A stretch of DNA of 57,062 nucleotides from Prorocentrum cordatum (GCA_963575745.1 CAUYUJ010000049.1:62001-119062); one strand, 5' to 3'; counted from the first letter of the stretch, positions 11,471-24,222 are shown. The notes: generated by a model not told the origin, from the letters alone. Made by a program: numbers and translations.

Positions 11471-14167
11471 GAAGCCGAAAACGGCCGAGAACCTCTCGTC
11501 GTGTTTTTCTCATGACGGGAAAGGTCTGGGGGGGAGGGAGAGGAAGGAGGGAGGGATGCCCGATCACCCGACGTCGTTTGTTTTGCTACGTCGGCCCCTT
11601 GTGGTCGGGACGCCTTCCCCTGGACTGGTTTTGCATTCTCGTTTCTTGATGGCCCCGGGGCTTGCTGTGGTGGCCGCGAACGGCCGCAAACCTTCCGTCG
11701 TGATCCCTTGATGACGCGAGGGGGGTCTGGGGGGAGGGGTGACAGGAAGGAAAGACCCGGTCTTCCGGGGCCGTGATTTTTGTCGCTATAAGTCGGCCCC
11801 TGGAAGTCTGGCCCGTTCCACGGGACCGGCTTGTCATCCTGACCAAAAGTTCCGATATCGTGTTTTTTTCTATCGGGGTCCCTGGAGTGGCCCCGAAGTC
11901 CTGACAACTTTCATAGGCCCGGAATTTCGTCCTAAATGTTTGACGGTCCTTGGGCCGTTGGGGGCGTCAGGATGCCGAGAGTTGTCCTGAAGCTTCGGGA
12001 TCGGCCAGAGTGCCTCAGGGCGTCTGGGAAAAAGGCTCTTGGGCACCTCGTGGGGTTTCCTGGCTATCCCTTGGGGCCCGCTTGTTTTCGTTTGGGGGGG
12101 GGGTTCTTGGAGGCTTCTTGGAGTCTCTGGGGCACTTTTGGTAAGGAGGGCTCGAAATGTCGGATGGGGTACCCCTCGGGGCTGTGTGGGGAAGCTGTCC
12201 CGGGGCCCTCTGGGCCCGTCTTGGGGCCCCCTGGGCAGTCGAGGGCCCCTCTTGGGCCTCTTGGAGGCCTCTTGGAACTCTCTTTGGCCGCTTTGGAACT
12301 ATATTGTCGGCTCCTAGGGCCGTTTTCGACGCGGTCGACGCCGAAGCGGTGAACATCGTAAACGGTACGTTTTCCGAAGAAGGAATGGGGCCATTCTTGC
12401 TTCTGGAGGCGCTCTTGGGAGTCCTCTTGGGTCTTGGGGGACTCTTGGGCCGTCGTGGGGGCTCCCAGAGGTCGTCGTGGAGCCATCTTCGGCGTCTTGA
12501 GTCTTGGAGCGACAATTCGGGGATTCTGGGCCCTTTTGGACGTTCGGAGACCTCCTAAGACTCTCCGGTGGCGTTTCGGGGCTGTCTGGGGCAGTCCCGG
12601 GGGGGCACCAGAAGCCTCCCAGGAGCCTCCTGGATAGTCGAGGGCTCCTCTGGAGCTGTCTTGGAGGCCTCTTGGAACTCTCTTTGGCCGTCTTGGGGCG
12701 ATGTTGTGGGCTCCTGAGGCCGTCTTCGACGCGGTCGACGCCGAAGATGTGAATATTGTAGAAACGCATGCTTTCCGAAGGGAATGGGGCCATTTTTGTT
12801 TCTGGAGGCGCTCTGGGGGACTGTTGGGCCGTCTTGGAGCCATCTTCATTCAGCGTCTTGGAGCGACGATTCGGGGATTCTAAGCTCTTTTGGACGTTTG
12901 GAGACCTCCTGGGACCCTCGGGTGGCGTTTCGGGGCTGTCTGGGGCTGTTTCGGGGGGGCCCCAGAAGCCAGGGTCCTCCCATGCGCCGTCAAGGTCGCC
13001 GCCCCATGCGCCCCGGCCTCGTGCACGGGTATGTCTCTCTCTCTCTCTCTATATATGTGTGTGTGTGGTGTGTGTGTGTGATTTGTTCACAACGGAGGTA
13101 CCCCGAGGTCTGGACACCTTCCCACGGACCGATTTTCATCCCGAGTCGCTTTCGACGGTCACGGGGCCCGTTGAGGGCCCCAGGGAAGCCGAAAACGGCT
13201 GAGAACCTCTCGTCATGTTTTCTCACGACTGGAGGGGTCTGGGGGGAAGGGAGGGAAGGAGGATGGAGGGATGCCCGATCACCCGACATCATGATTTCTT
13301 TGCTACGTCGGCCTGGAGGTCGGGGCGTCTTCCCGGGGACTAATTTTTCATCTTCGTTTTTTGATGGTCCCGTGGTTGGTTGAGGGCCACCAATGGCCGC
13401 GGACGGCCGCAAACCTCCCGTCGTGATCCTTCGACGACGCGAGGGGATCTGGGGGAGGGGAGAGAGGAAGGAGGGATGCCTGATCTTCCGATGCCGTGTT
13501 TTTTCGCTACACGTCGGCTCCCGGAAATCCGGACGCCTTCCACGGGACCGGCTTGTCATCCTGATCCAGAGATCCGATATCGTGATTTGTTCAGTGGGGG
13601 GTCCCTGGAGTGGCCCCGAGGTCCCGACAACTTCCATAGGCCCGGTGTTTCGTCCTAAATAAATGTTTAACGGTCCTTGGGCCCGTTGAGGGCCTCAGGA
13701 AACCGAGAATTGTCCTGAAGCTTCGGGATTGGCCAGAGAACCTGAGGGCGTCTGGGGAGAGGGCTCTTGGGAGCCTTTTGGGGCTTCCTGGCGGTCCCTT
13801 GGGGGCCGCTTGGGGGCTTTTTCGGGAGCTCTTGGAGGTTTCTTGGGGCCTCCTGGGTGTCTTCTGGGGAGAAAGGCTGGACATGTCGGGTTGGGTACTC
13901 CTCGGTGTTATGTCGGGAAGCTGTCCAGGGGCCCTCTGGGGCCGTCTTGGGGGCCCCCTGGGCAGTCGAGGGCCCTCTTGGGCCGTCTTGGAGGCCTCTT
14001 GGAACTCTCTTTGGCCGTTTCGGGGCGATACTGTGGGCTCCTGAGGCCGTCTTCGACGCGGTCGAAATCGAAGATGCAAATATCGTAAAAATGCACGCTT
14101 TCCAAAGGGACTGGGGCCATTCTTGCTTCTGGAGGCGCTCTTGGAAGTCCTCTTGGGGGACTCTTGG
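11471..14167. repeat. Two tandem copies (~1.7-kb period) of a dispersed non-coding repeat rich in tcttgg/ggggcc motifs; second copy interrupted at 14167
   Basis: gaagccgaaaacggcYgagaacctctcgtc at 11471 and ~13185, followed by collinear similarity. The first copy has an internal ~400-bp duplication (~12235 vs ~12637) and ends in a CT/TA/GT microsatellite at ~13030-13080. Confidence 0.9.
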
Positions 14168-14199
14168 TTGAAAAAGAGGCTCTCCCACAACAGTTAAAT
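14168..14199 (+). repeat. Left terminal inverted repeat
   Basis: ttgaaaaagaggctctcccacaacagttaaat versus reverse complement of the right end ttgtaacatacgcttcgccaaaacagttaaat; inner 11 bp perfect. Confidence 0.82.
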
Positions 14200-15109
14200 A
14201 CGGTGTTAAGTTGGGAAAACGCTCGGCCATCTCAAGCGCCCGTTTCATAAATAATATTGAACCATGTAATGTTAAACCCATTGCACGATGTTATTGTAAA
14301 TTGCAATGAGTGGCGGGTCGTGAGTATCCTTGTAGATGCGTGCGTTCTCAATTATTCCAGGGGGTACCCACATGTTTGGCAATGGATGTCAACAGTCGGC
14401 GAGCGAGGTAGGCGCTCCGTCGGGGGAGGGGCACGCATTGATATGAACACAAGGGGGCTCAAAAGAGAAAGAAGATGAAACGGATGAGGGAGGAGGGGGG
14501 ACAATGCGGAAGGAGCAGGAGGAGGAATATAGCGTGTTTGCGAGCGTTTACATCGGGAGGTCCCGTGGCGCACCCTTGAAACCACAAGGATGACGGTGGT
14601 GGAGGAGAGTGGGCGCGGGAGGGGAGGAGGAGACGAGGAGCAGTGGGGAGCAGGAGGGAAGGAGGGGGCGGGGGTTGGATGACCGAAGGGACTGGTGGCG
14701 ACGGGTCTCATCGGTCTCAAGTGCGCTTCAATCCGAAATGCTGAGTGCCATTATTATCCCCCCCCCATCGGCCTCAAGATATCTAGAGAGCGCCGCTGCC
14801 CAGACTCTTTCTTGGCGACCTGAGGCTGAGGCTGAGGCTGAGGCTGAGGGTTGGATAGACATGAATTGGTGAAAGATACCTCCTCCAATCTTACTCCGTC
14901 TCTGTCCCTTCTCTCCCTTCCGTCTGTGTGCGCCCGTCCTCTCATTACTTCCTCGCCCTGCCCAATATCACTCCTTCCGTCACTTTTCCTCCGTGCGTGG
15001 TGACAGAACTATAACAAGGCCTGAAGATGTATTTCGTTTGAGTGCACCCCGCCCCGCATTCGAATCCAGCCGGCCAATTTGCATTGCAAATCCCGTCAGA
15101 TCCGTAGCC

Positions 15110-18100
15110 ATGTCGGCCCACGTTGGGTTGGTTCCGCCGCCTGTCCCGCACATGCTGCTTCGAGTGTGTATGTTTGCTGGACTGGTGGCGGCGGCAACGG
15201 CGCCGCACGGCGACCAGCCGCCAGAGCCGCCGCCTGTGCCTGCGCCCGCCGTTGCGCCTCACGGCAGAGGCGCGGCAAGAGGCCGAGGCAGCGGCGGCAG
15301 GGCCGCGGTGGCGGCCGCTGTGGACAGAGGAGGTCGCGGCCGCGGGGCGCCAGGCCGCGGAGGCGGCAGAGGGCGAGCCCGTGGATTCATTCATTCGCGC
15401 GAGACGCGCGATAGGATTCGAGTCAGCACACTTCGTCGGTCATGCGCTGCCCATGTGAACCAGGCAGCCCAGTTTGTCGTGGAGGAGAATGAGCGTATTG
15501 TTGGCAGCGTGATGGCTGGCAGTGGCACGGTCGATCCACAGAAAAGGTACGAGTATGTTGCAACGAGCACGGGACCAATACCAGTGCAATTGAGAGCGAG
15601 AAACACGAGCCGTGCCGATGCCCAACGCTTGCTGGCTAGCCATGCGGGGGCCCAACCCAAGCGCATCAAACGTTGGTTGTCCGATGGGGAATGCGTGTGT
15701 CTGCACGCCGTGAACGTGTTCGACGACGCCTCCATGTGGTTATCCAGGCCTCCAGGCACAGATGATGTCCTTGAAGAAATTGCGTCGAGTGCGACCCATG
15801 CAGTAGCTGCATCGCTGCGCAAGCGTAGGAAGAGAGGCAACATGACACACGCAGCAGTGCTAAACATCCAAGAGGCCTTGTTCAAGTTGGGTGGTCAAGG
15901 GTGTTTGTCCGCCCTTGACGTCTTCAGTCCAGCCCAGGTGTTGCCAATTGCGAACTATTCAACTGTGCTGCAGAGGTGGCGCAAGTGGAGTATCATAAAC
16001 GGCATTGGGCCAGGGGCTGGCATCGACCCCGACAGGGATCTGGACAGGGACACCGCACGACTGGATTGTTGGATTAACTTGGTCATGGTTCGCGACTGCT
16101 TGAGTCTGAATGATTGCCTAGTTGCCAAAACAGAAGCAGCGCTGCAGGACATGCGGGCATCGCTTGAATCACAGAATGTGTCTTCAGATGGAGTGCCTAC
16201 TGTCTTTTCAATGGAGTGTTCTGGGCACAGCGCCGTGCTCAACCTCAAGCCTATATCCGTCACGCGTCGGGTATCCACCGTGCCAGCTCAGCCCGAAAGA
16301 GCCGCCAAGAGAGTGGCCTTGATGGTGAGGGATCTTGGGAACTGTCTTGGCAATCTTGGGCGTCTTGGAAGCCTCTTGAGCCGTCTTTGGGTCATCTCCT
16401 CTCTCTTAGGGCTGTCTTAGGGGGGTCCCAGGGCCATCGTGGGGCCTCGAGGCGCTCCTAGGGCTATGGGAGGCCTCTTGGGAGCTCTGGAGGGCGTCTT
16501 GGAGGCAGTCGATCGATCAAACGATTGGTGGTGCTCCATGTTAGCGCTACCTCCCCATCGTGGGCCACGATCCTTGTGAGGGGTGTCAGCAAATGGTCAT
16601 GCTAATAAGCGCAGAATGACACCCTGACCGCTCGCTCCCCCCCCCTCTCCCTCTCCTCCCTCCTTCCTCCCTGCCGACCTCCCTCCCTCCCTCCCTCCCC
16701 CTCCCTCCCTGCCTCCCTCTCCCTCCCTCCCTCCTATATATATATATATATACTCCTCCTCAAAGGGGAATGAACAATCTCGTTCGACCACCTGTCGCCC
16801 AGAGGGCTGGCGGATTATACCACTTTGGCGGGCTCGCCTCATGCGTGGTCCGCTGCGGCCACCTCTGCCAGAGCTGGAGGGCGGCGGGGCGCTACTCGCA
16901 GGCTTTGGACTGCGAGATCGACCACAGTTTCGAATTCAAGCGCGTGGATGCTCTGCCTGAGGAGCACTATGTGTGGCGCGAGTTCTCCCAGAAAGTGATG
17001 GAGTTGAGCGGATTCGGCATGACGACAGATGAACAGAATGTGATTTTGAAGTACGACAACGGCGATTGGACACAACATGAAATAATACATTGGTGCACGC
17101 CCGACTGCGATTGTGGACGCACCAGGGCGTCATCTGTGAAGCGTGTCAAAACTTCGATCACCATGAGCATTGGCCCAACGCGCCACTTGGCATTGGAGTA
17201 CCGTTGGAAGCACATGGAGAAAGCGGATGCGTGGTGTTACCGAGCTCGTGCACAACACGACTTGGGACTCCGATCGTTTAGGCGTGCATTCGATAGGGCT
17301 GCAGTGGAAGCCGCTGAGAAGGAACTCGCAAGTGCTGCAGCTGATGCTGAAACCCCTGCAGGTGCGACGCAGACCGTCAAGGCTGGAAAAATCATTGATT
17401 ACATGGAGGGTGACACTGGTGGCGCCTCGAATTTGAAGGTTCTTATCTTGCAGAGGCCGCTCCAGGCTTACCTCAATAAAGTGTTCAAGAGCGAGGGTGA
17501 TACTACTAAGTTTGTTGAGCTGTCGCTGTCTGCGCCAGCGGGGGGCCCAGCCCCCGGCCCGAACTCCCCGCTGCAAGACGCGCTCAAGACGTCATGCTCC
17601 CGCAACTTGGACATTATGACAGGCGTTCTGGGTCGATCTGTTGTTCGTAGCTACGCAGACGCTCTCTCCAGTTATGACGACCAGCTCTGGTCGGGCGTGG
17701 AGTGGGGCAGAGCCGACCAGCACGAGATGGCTGGGCGATTGATGCAGAGTATGGGGCAATCTTGGCGCAGGTTGGTTTTCCGCTGCCAGCAGCCGAAGTT
17801 CGAACTACTTCGTGTCTGCGGCGACGACTTTTCAAGTGATGATGACATCTCCAGGGAGATCCGCCAGCTCTGTGCTAAAGGCAATACTTGCGGCGCTTGC
17901 CTCGACGACTGGTCCATAGTCTGGCTGAGGCGCCTCAAGGAGCAGCCCCTCAAAGCACGCGATGCCCGCGTTGGGATGGTTGCTGCGATGCCGCCGTCCA
18001 GCGTCAAGATAGAAATGAAGCATCTCCTTGGACAGGAGACCCGAAAGGCACGATCGAGAGGCATGGCATGTCGTGCCAATGAACTGTCCATGCGGACGTA

Positions 18101-19838
18101 TCTCAGGATGATGTTGAAATCGAACGCTTCGAAGACCAATGCCGTCTGGAGAAAACATGTGCCGACGAAAGTCGCGCGCGTGAGTTTCTCCAAGCATGCT
18201 GCCCGCAATGCGCTGATCAAGCGCGGGGTGACCAACAGGATCCGAGAGGCGCGTCGACGATTGACCAAGAGAAGGCATCGCCCTACTCTGACAAGTGCTT
18301 TCTCAATGTACCGCAAGGTGCACTGGACCCCTGGTATATCTCCATTTACTGCGGCTGGGAAGGCAGAGGCGAGACGGCTGACCCTCGAATTCAAACGACA
18401 GTCAGTTGCATCCGTCACACACTACCAGGCCATGGCCGACCACGTGTCTGCTGAGGTATCCCAGCGCATTGGCGACTTGCATGACGGGCGGGCCACGCTT
18501 CTGGACGCCCATGGCTGCAACAGCAGTGCAGGCAAGCGTCATGTCGGGACGCTCCGCCATTTCGAATACGAGGAGGCGCTCCAGAAGATGCAAGCTGATA
18601 GTTCCTGGGCCGCTGGAGCAGCGCTGGACCACCCGTGGAAGGTGCGGCGACCAGACTTGATCGACAATACTTTGACCATGAAGGGGCTTCAAGAGCGTCT
18701 ACTCAAACACTTTGACAACAGCGAAGTTCCCGTGCCAAACCCCCCAGGCACTGCGCAGCCCAGGTTGCCCTGCTGCGCGATGTATGGTGGTCTCTGTTGT
18801 ACTCGGGACGATGTTGGGACAGTGGGGACATTTGTGAAACACCTTCATTCGCAAATTCGGTCATTGAAGTTTCCAGCGCTGGTGCAGATTGCTGGCCCAG
18901 CGGGGATCGCAGCAGAGAAACATTTTCTGATAGACAAGTATGGGGTTGGGGCACTACACGTCCTGGCTCGAGCGCAGCAAACCCTCGGCGATCCTCAGTG
19001 CTTCAAGCTGTCCTTCGAGCCTGGGCTGATGGGAGTGGCGCTGTCGACGTCGCACATGGTCGGCAATCGTGTGATGGCGAATGCTGCAAGGAGGCTCAAT
19101 AAAGAATCCATCCGAGACTTGGAGACGGTGCAGATCACTATATACGACGCGGTTGATGCTGGTGATACCTTTCATAAGTACTGCGTGCGAGTGGCGGGCA
19201 TCAATGTGCAGAGGGCCTTGCCAATCGCATTCAAGCTGAAGCCGAAGACTGCAGAGGAAAAGAGCGACGCCATCCCCTTCGGGCTCGGCAAGGTCAAGGC
19301 CCCCCCCGAGACTGCCATCAACAAGGGCCCAATGAAGGTGAAGGATGCCGCCCACGCTGCCGGTTACACGGGCTCTGAATCTTCAGATGGATAGTGCGGC
19401 AATGATGAGGATATCGACCCCGAGAGCGGGGATGAGCTGGACTTCGTTGACCCTGGCCGTGTGCCTGCACCTCCTCCTGCTCCTGTTGCTCCTGCTGTTC
19501 TCGGCGTTCTCGGAGGCTTGGAGCGTGCTGGAGTGTCAGGGTTTGAGATCGCTCCGTCGGGGAGGTCGGCATGCCGTATATGCAATCGTAAAGTTGATCG
19601 AGGCCTGCCCAGGTTCCGCTACCAGGTGAAGGCAAGCAACAGCCTTCGCGACAACAGAGTAGTGCATGTTGATTGCATGGCTCGCCTCCCCGATGTGACT
19701 AGAGATTTCGACATTGCGGCGGTCATGCATTTGGCCTCGCAGCCAGAGTGGGACACGGAGCAAGTCGACATCATGAGGCGAGTTATTGCCGCCATGTCTG
19801 GTGGCGGCCCAGGGCCAGCTGCAGCAGCGGCAGCTTGA
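15110..19838 (+). pseudogene. Divergent hAT-like DDE transposase with RG-rich N-terminus, HMG-box-like segment and C-terminal PARP-type zinc finger (one insertion/intron, one in-frame TAG)
   Basis: Motif order FDDAS (~15722), VRDC (~16094), CSGH (~16217), YRW (~17199), PPSSVKIE (~18012) parallels hAT D..D..CxxH..RW..E. ORFs 16770-19394 and 19461-19838 are in one frame, separated only by TAG 19392-19394. EIAPSGRSACRIC...HVDC matches the zf-PARP pattern. Start codon uncertain. Confidence 0.7.
16257..16813. mobile_element. Small non-coding insertion or intron splitting the transposase gene
   Basis: Contains tcttgg-type repeat, (CCCT)n and (TA)n. Ends atccgtca (16255) and tggcggat (16808) are near-inverted. 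Removal restores KPI-LYHFGGL in frame. Confidence 0.65.
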
Positions 19839-19929
19839 CGGGCCCTGGCGGCTCGCAGTAACAAACGCCCTATGCATGTCCCCCGCCCCTCTCATCCCAT
19901 CCCGTCCCTCCGCCTAGCCTCTGGAGAGG

Positions 19930-20270
19930 ATGCCAGCGTATCCCTTTTAACAAACACGTACCTGGAGACACGGGTCTGGAGGAGGAGGCTCGAAGGAGGA
20001 GGATATCATTGAGCTTCCTTGTAGATGCACGGTGGTGGGGGAGGACGGGCAGGAGAGCAACCAGGCTTTCTTCGCACTTAAAGGGCATACGGAGCATATG
20101 CAAGCACTGTTTGAACAAGCCAGGGCTAGTGCAAGCGCTGTTTGGACATCGATCGTTTACGGTGTCGGACTCGGACGCACTCTGAAGTTCGGGGGGATAA
20201 ACAGTTTGCGCATGTACCTGAAACAAATAACAAATAACATAGTGAACATTACTTGTGATGGCTCGCTATG
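19930..20270 (+). pseudogene. Small unknown ORF downstream of transposase (early in-frame TAA)
   Basis: ATG 19930 reads MPAYPF*QTRTWRHGSGGGGSKEEDIIELPCRC in frame into ORF 20032; globular-looking composition. 3' end uncertain. Confidence 0.3.
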
Positions 20271-20502
20271 CCGCTATGCTGCTTTGCTCGTGGTCGTTTG
20301 GACCAGGGGTTTCAGAACCCACGGTGTTTGCAGTTTGCACGCATCCTCAATAACTGTATTTGCCTACTGTCTGAGACTGTCTGCCTCCTCGTCCTCAGCG
20401 CTGCCCTCCAGTGACACCGCCGCTGTTTTTTGCTCCGAGGTTGACGGCAGACGCATCGCCCGATCGCAGCCCTCAGGGATCCCAGGAGCTGCGTGATCCA
20501 AG

Positions 20503-20760
20503 ATGGCGCCCAAGAGGTTTGCTGACCCAAACTGGTTTCAGCGAATGCAGCACCCACCAACCCGCAGGCGCTTTCGGAAGCTCTTCCGAGACTTGATTGT
20601 TGCGAAGTTCAGGGCGAGGGTTCTCATGAGGCGCGTCAAGTCTCTGCGAATCATCTTGCAGCATGTGGAGAGAAACGCAATTGGAACCCTCAACGTGGAC
20701 GAAGGTCTGAGGGTTGCGAACCGTGCCTATGCGCTCCAATTGTACCATTTGAACTCGTGA
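20503..20760 (+). CDS. Small basic hypothetical protein (85 aa, MAPKR start)
   Basis: Clean ATG-to-TGA ORF in non-repetitive DNA, Arg/Lys-rich, helical-looking. Confidence 0.45.
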   Translation: MAPKRFADPNWFQRMQHPPTRRRFRKLFRDLIVAKFRARVLMRRVKSLRIILQHVERNAIGTLNVDEGLRVANRAYALQLYHLNS

Positions 20761-20859
20761 GCTTGCGCTGGGGAGTGCAGCAGCCTCGGCCGTGCAGGCC
20801 GTCTTCCCATTCTCAGTCTCCTCTCCCCTTACCTCTCCGTCTCCTTTGCCCTCCACCCC

Positions 20860-21147
20860 CCAGAGGGAAAGGGGAACGCGAGAGAAAGCGGGGAGAGAGC
20901 GACAGATAGAAGAGAAAGAGATATGTAACGATAGAGAAGAGGAGAAGAGAGCGATAGAGAGGGGGGAGAGAAAGAGAGAGAGAAAGAGAGAGACACAGAC
21001 AGGGAGAGAAGAGAGAGGGATAGAGAAAGAGAGACAGAGACAGAGAGGTAGGCAGAAAAAAAGATAACGATAGAAGGAGAGAGGGAGGGACAGAGAAGGA
21101 GAGAGAGAGGGAGAGAGAGAGAGAGGGAGAGAGACAGAGAGAGAGGG

Positions 21148-21211
<64 letters not shown>
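20860..21211. repeat. (GA)n-rich microsatellite with (TA)n core
   Basis: Direct reading. Confidence 0.95.
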
Positions 21212-21212
<1 letters not shown>

Positions 21213-21838
21213 AAAGTGGGGTCTCTCCCGACGCACCGCCTGCCGCCTGCCGGCCTCTGAGCCCGATCCAGCCGCGCTGTGAAGATCATGGCGGCAAGCA
21301 TTCAGCTCGCGAGCCAGTCAGATTGCGGAAGACGCTGGGGCGAGCGCAAACCCACTGCTCCTCTCTCTCTGCCGTGTGCCGCCGCCACCGTTGCCGCCGT
21401 TCCCAAGACAGTGCCTACGCATGAAGGTCTCCCGAATCTGCGTGCCCACAGTCGCGCCTGCACTTGGCACTTGGATGGTTAGCACTTGTGCTCGATCGCC
21501 GCCTGGGCATCGCTCCGAGAACTCATCGGGATATGCGCTATTGAAAAATACGGTGAGCCCGAACCGACATTTCGAGCTCTCCATTTTAAGATGCCCCCCC
21601 TGGAGGCTCGATGAGGTCCCCAAGGGGCTCCGAAGGGCACCCAGGAAGCCCGAAAGAAACCCGTAGAGGCATCAACGCTGCCCCGAGATGCCCAAACATT
21701 GTTTCCAAGACGCCGCCTACAGGGCTTCCCACGACAACCCAACGAACATCCAAGGGGTGACACGTATCACCCGCCGTCGAGTGGCACGCCTAGTCGGGTG
21801 ACGTATCCAACTAATGGTGTAAACGACTTTGTATCTGA

Positions 21839-22765
21839 GAATGCAAATTTCATTTGGTTGTCACAAGTCGCTCTTCGATTTTACATCGCTCCCAGGAAAT
21901 AAACTACAATGCGCGATTTATGGGGTGTCGGGCGCGCGCGCGCGCGAGACGGGCGCACGCGCCAGCGTATTGATTGCTATACAATCGAAGCGATGTTAAC
22001 TCGAAAACCCAATCGCGAAAACCCAATGTAAGACTTCATTATTGGACCATGGGGGGCGGTCATTTGATCACTGAGTGTGGAATATGCGAAAACAAAATAT
22101 AGAGGAACGCGCGCGCGCGAGAGCCGCGCGCGCGCGCGCTCGCTCCGCTGCATTAGGTTTCCACAAATCCACATTCATATGATTGCCCCTTCCGGTCGGA
22201 GAATGAAGTTTTACATTGGGTTTTCACAAGTGGGTTTTCGAGGTAACATCGCTCCAATTGTATAGAAATCAATCCACTGGTGCTCGTCCCCAACGCGCGC
22301 GCGCAGCTCTCGCGCGCGTGCGCTCAGTTGTTATGCTTTTCTTGTATAGAATGAAGTTTTACATTGGGTTTCCACCATGGGGTTTTCGAGTTAACATCGC
22401 TCGCGCTGCACAGCAATCAATACACTGGTGCTCGTGCCCGCCGCGCGCGCGCTCCGCTGTATATGGCTTCCACATATTCCACATTCAGATGATCTCCTCT
22501 TCTGGCTTGAGAATGAAATTTTACATTGGGTTTTCACCATTTGATTTTCGGGTTAACATCGCTCACGCTGTATAGAAAGCAATGCACTGGTGCTCGTGCC
22601 CGCCGCGCGCGCGCGCTCCGCTGTCTTAGGCCCCCACGCATTCCACATTCACATTATCCCCTCTTCTGGTCTGAGAATGAAAATTTACATTTGGTTTTCA
22701 TCATTGGGTTTTCGAGTTAACATCGCTCCAATTGTATAGAAATCAATACACTTGTGCTCGCGCCC
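21839..22765. repeat. Array of ~150-165-bp units, four clear direct copies plus one degenerate direct and one inverted copy
   Basis: gaatgaaRttttacattggg...ttttcgRgttaacatcgctc...tatagaaa.caat.cact at 22201, 22349, 22511, 22675; degenerate at ~21839; inverted at ~21967-22045. Confidence 0.9.
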
Positions 22766-23924
22766 AACGCGCGCGCAGCCACGCGCGCGTCGGCGCGACC
22801 GCGCGCGTACGCGCGCGCGACGCGCGCGCGGTGTATTCTGCACTGTCCACGCACGACAAAGCTTCCATGTGGGCGTGTGTATTAAAAAGAACACTTAGCT
22901 GAGCCGTGTTCGATTGGGTTTGCGAGCCACCATTAGCTCTGGCGAATTGTTTGCACTAGGTGCAAGGCAGAGCCACTCGCGCGTGCCGTGCGCGTGCTGG
23001 GTTCTACCGCCCACAGCCGAAAGGTCGCCATGCTGCCACGCTTGCCTGAAAACTACATTGAGCACTTAGCGCTTGCCTACTGGATTTTGAAGTTAGTATT
23101 GGTTGTTGTGCATGCCCTGCGCGCCGCAAAACGCAAGGGCACCCGCCAACGCGCGCATGCGCTCGCGCTGCGCGCCTGATGAGTTCTGCGTCGACCACTG
23201 TCGAATCGCGCCATGTTGGCTCGGAAACCGCAGTGAAGCTGTAACAATGACCGAGCGGAATTTCAAGCTGACGCAGCTTTCCCGATACGTTGAACAACAG
23301 CTAAGCAGAACCACCCCCGCGCGCGCTGGAGCGGTTGACCGCGCGCAACGCGCGCGAGGCGCCAGGCGGACGCGCGCGCGCGTTGGGTGTCATCGCACTT
23401 GTAGCCGCGCGGCCGAAGCCGCGCGCGTTGGGGGGTCATCCAAGGCGGGGCAGCGGCCCCGCCAACTCCCGCGGCAGCCCAGAACGCGCTATCCAGCCCC
23501 ATTCAGGCCCAATTATTTGCATTCAAGTCAGCCATATCGAAAAACCATGGTCGCGGCCAAATACATCGCCCAAGAACCTTGGGGCGCTTGGAAAAGCGCC
23601 GCGTCGTGTTCGTTGACTTCGCTACCGCCCTCCGAGGGCGCGGTCGCCCCCCTCGCTAATTTCGGCCATCATGATTTCCGAGCCGCTGCAGTGTCGATCG
23701 GCCTCTCAGTTTTGATGGGGCTGGAGGCCATTGCGCGCGGACGTGGAACGGGCGCCCATGCTGCCAACATGGCTGCCGACGTTGCGCATCGCGGCACGGG
23801 TGCAGCCGAAACGGAGGCCAAGCAAATGCTGGCATCGTCGCGTTCAACATGCCGCATCAACACGGCACTCATAAGATGCGTGTTGTACATACATATCATC
23901 CCATCATCGTAAACTACTTCAGCA

Positions 23925-24222
23925 GACCTGGATGAGCGACCGGAACGGACCTGAATGGACCTGAATGGACCTGAGTGGACCTGAATGGAAACCCCTGCAA
24001 TAATGATTTCTCCAATGCGGCCCGCCTGAACAGACCTGAACGCGCGGTTGTTGACATGCGTGCGGGGGCCTGAACAGGCCTGAACGCCCGATGTAAGATG
24101 GATGTGCATCGCACACGCAAGTAAGATGGATGTAAGATGGGTGCACGGTGGATGTGAGTTGGATGTAAGATGTCTGTTCTATGAGTGTAAGATAGATCGC
24201 CCGATGTAAGATGGATGTGGGA
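23925..24222. repeat. Short tandem repeats (ggacctgaat)n followed by (gatgtaagatg)n
   Basis: Direct reading. Confidence 0.85.

Noticed and set aside
8946..11907. Very long ORFs (812, 950, 592 aa) of HT/AR/CV repeats
   Set aside because: Translations of the GT/GC satellite, which lacks stop codons.
11586..14281. Many overlapping 60-260 aa ORFs
   Set aside because: Fall in the GC-rich dispersed repeat, have no motifs, and frames are not preserved between copies.
19392..19394. Programmed readthrough of the TAG before the zf-PARP domain
   Set aside because: A single GAG>TAG change in an acidic linker is simpler; readthrough would need conservation in other copies.
21839..22765. CRISPR-like array
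   Set aside because: Units are ~160 bp with related linkers, one is inverted, and there are no cas genes.
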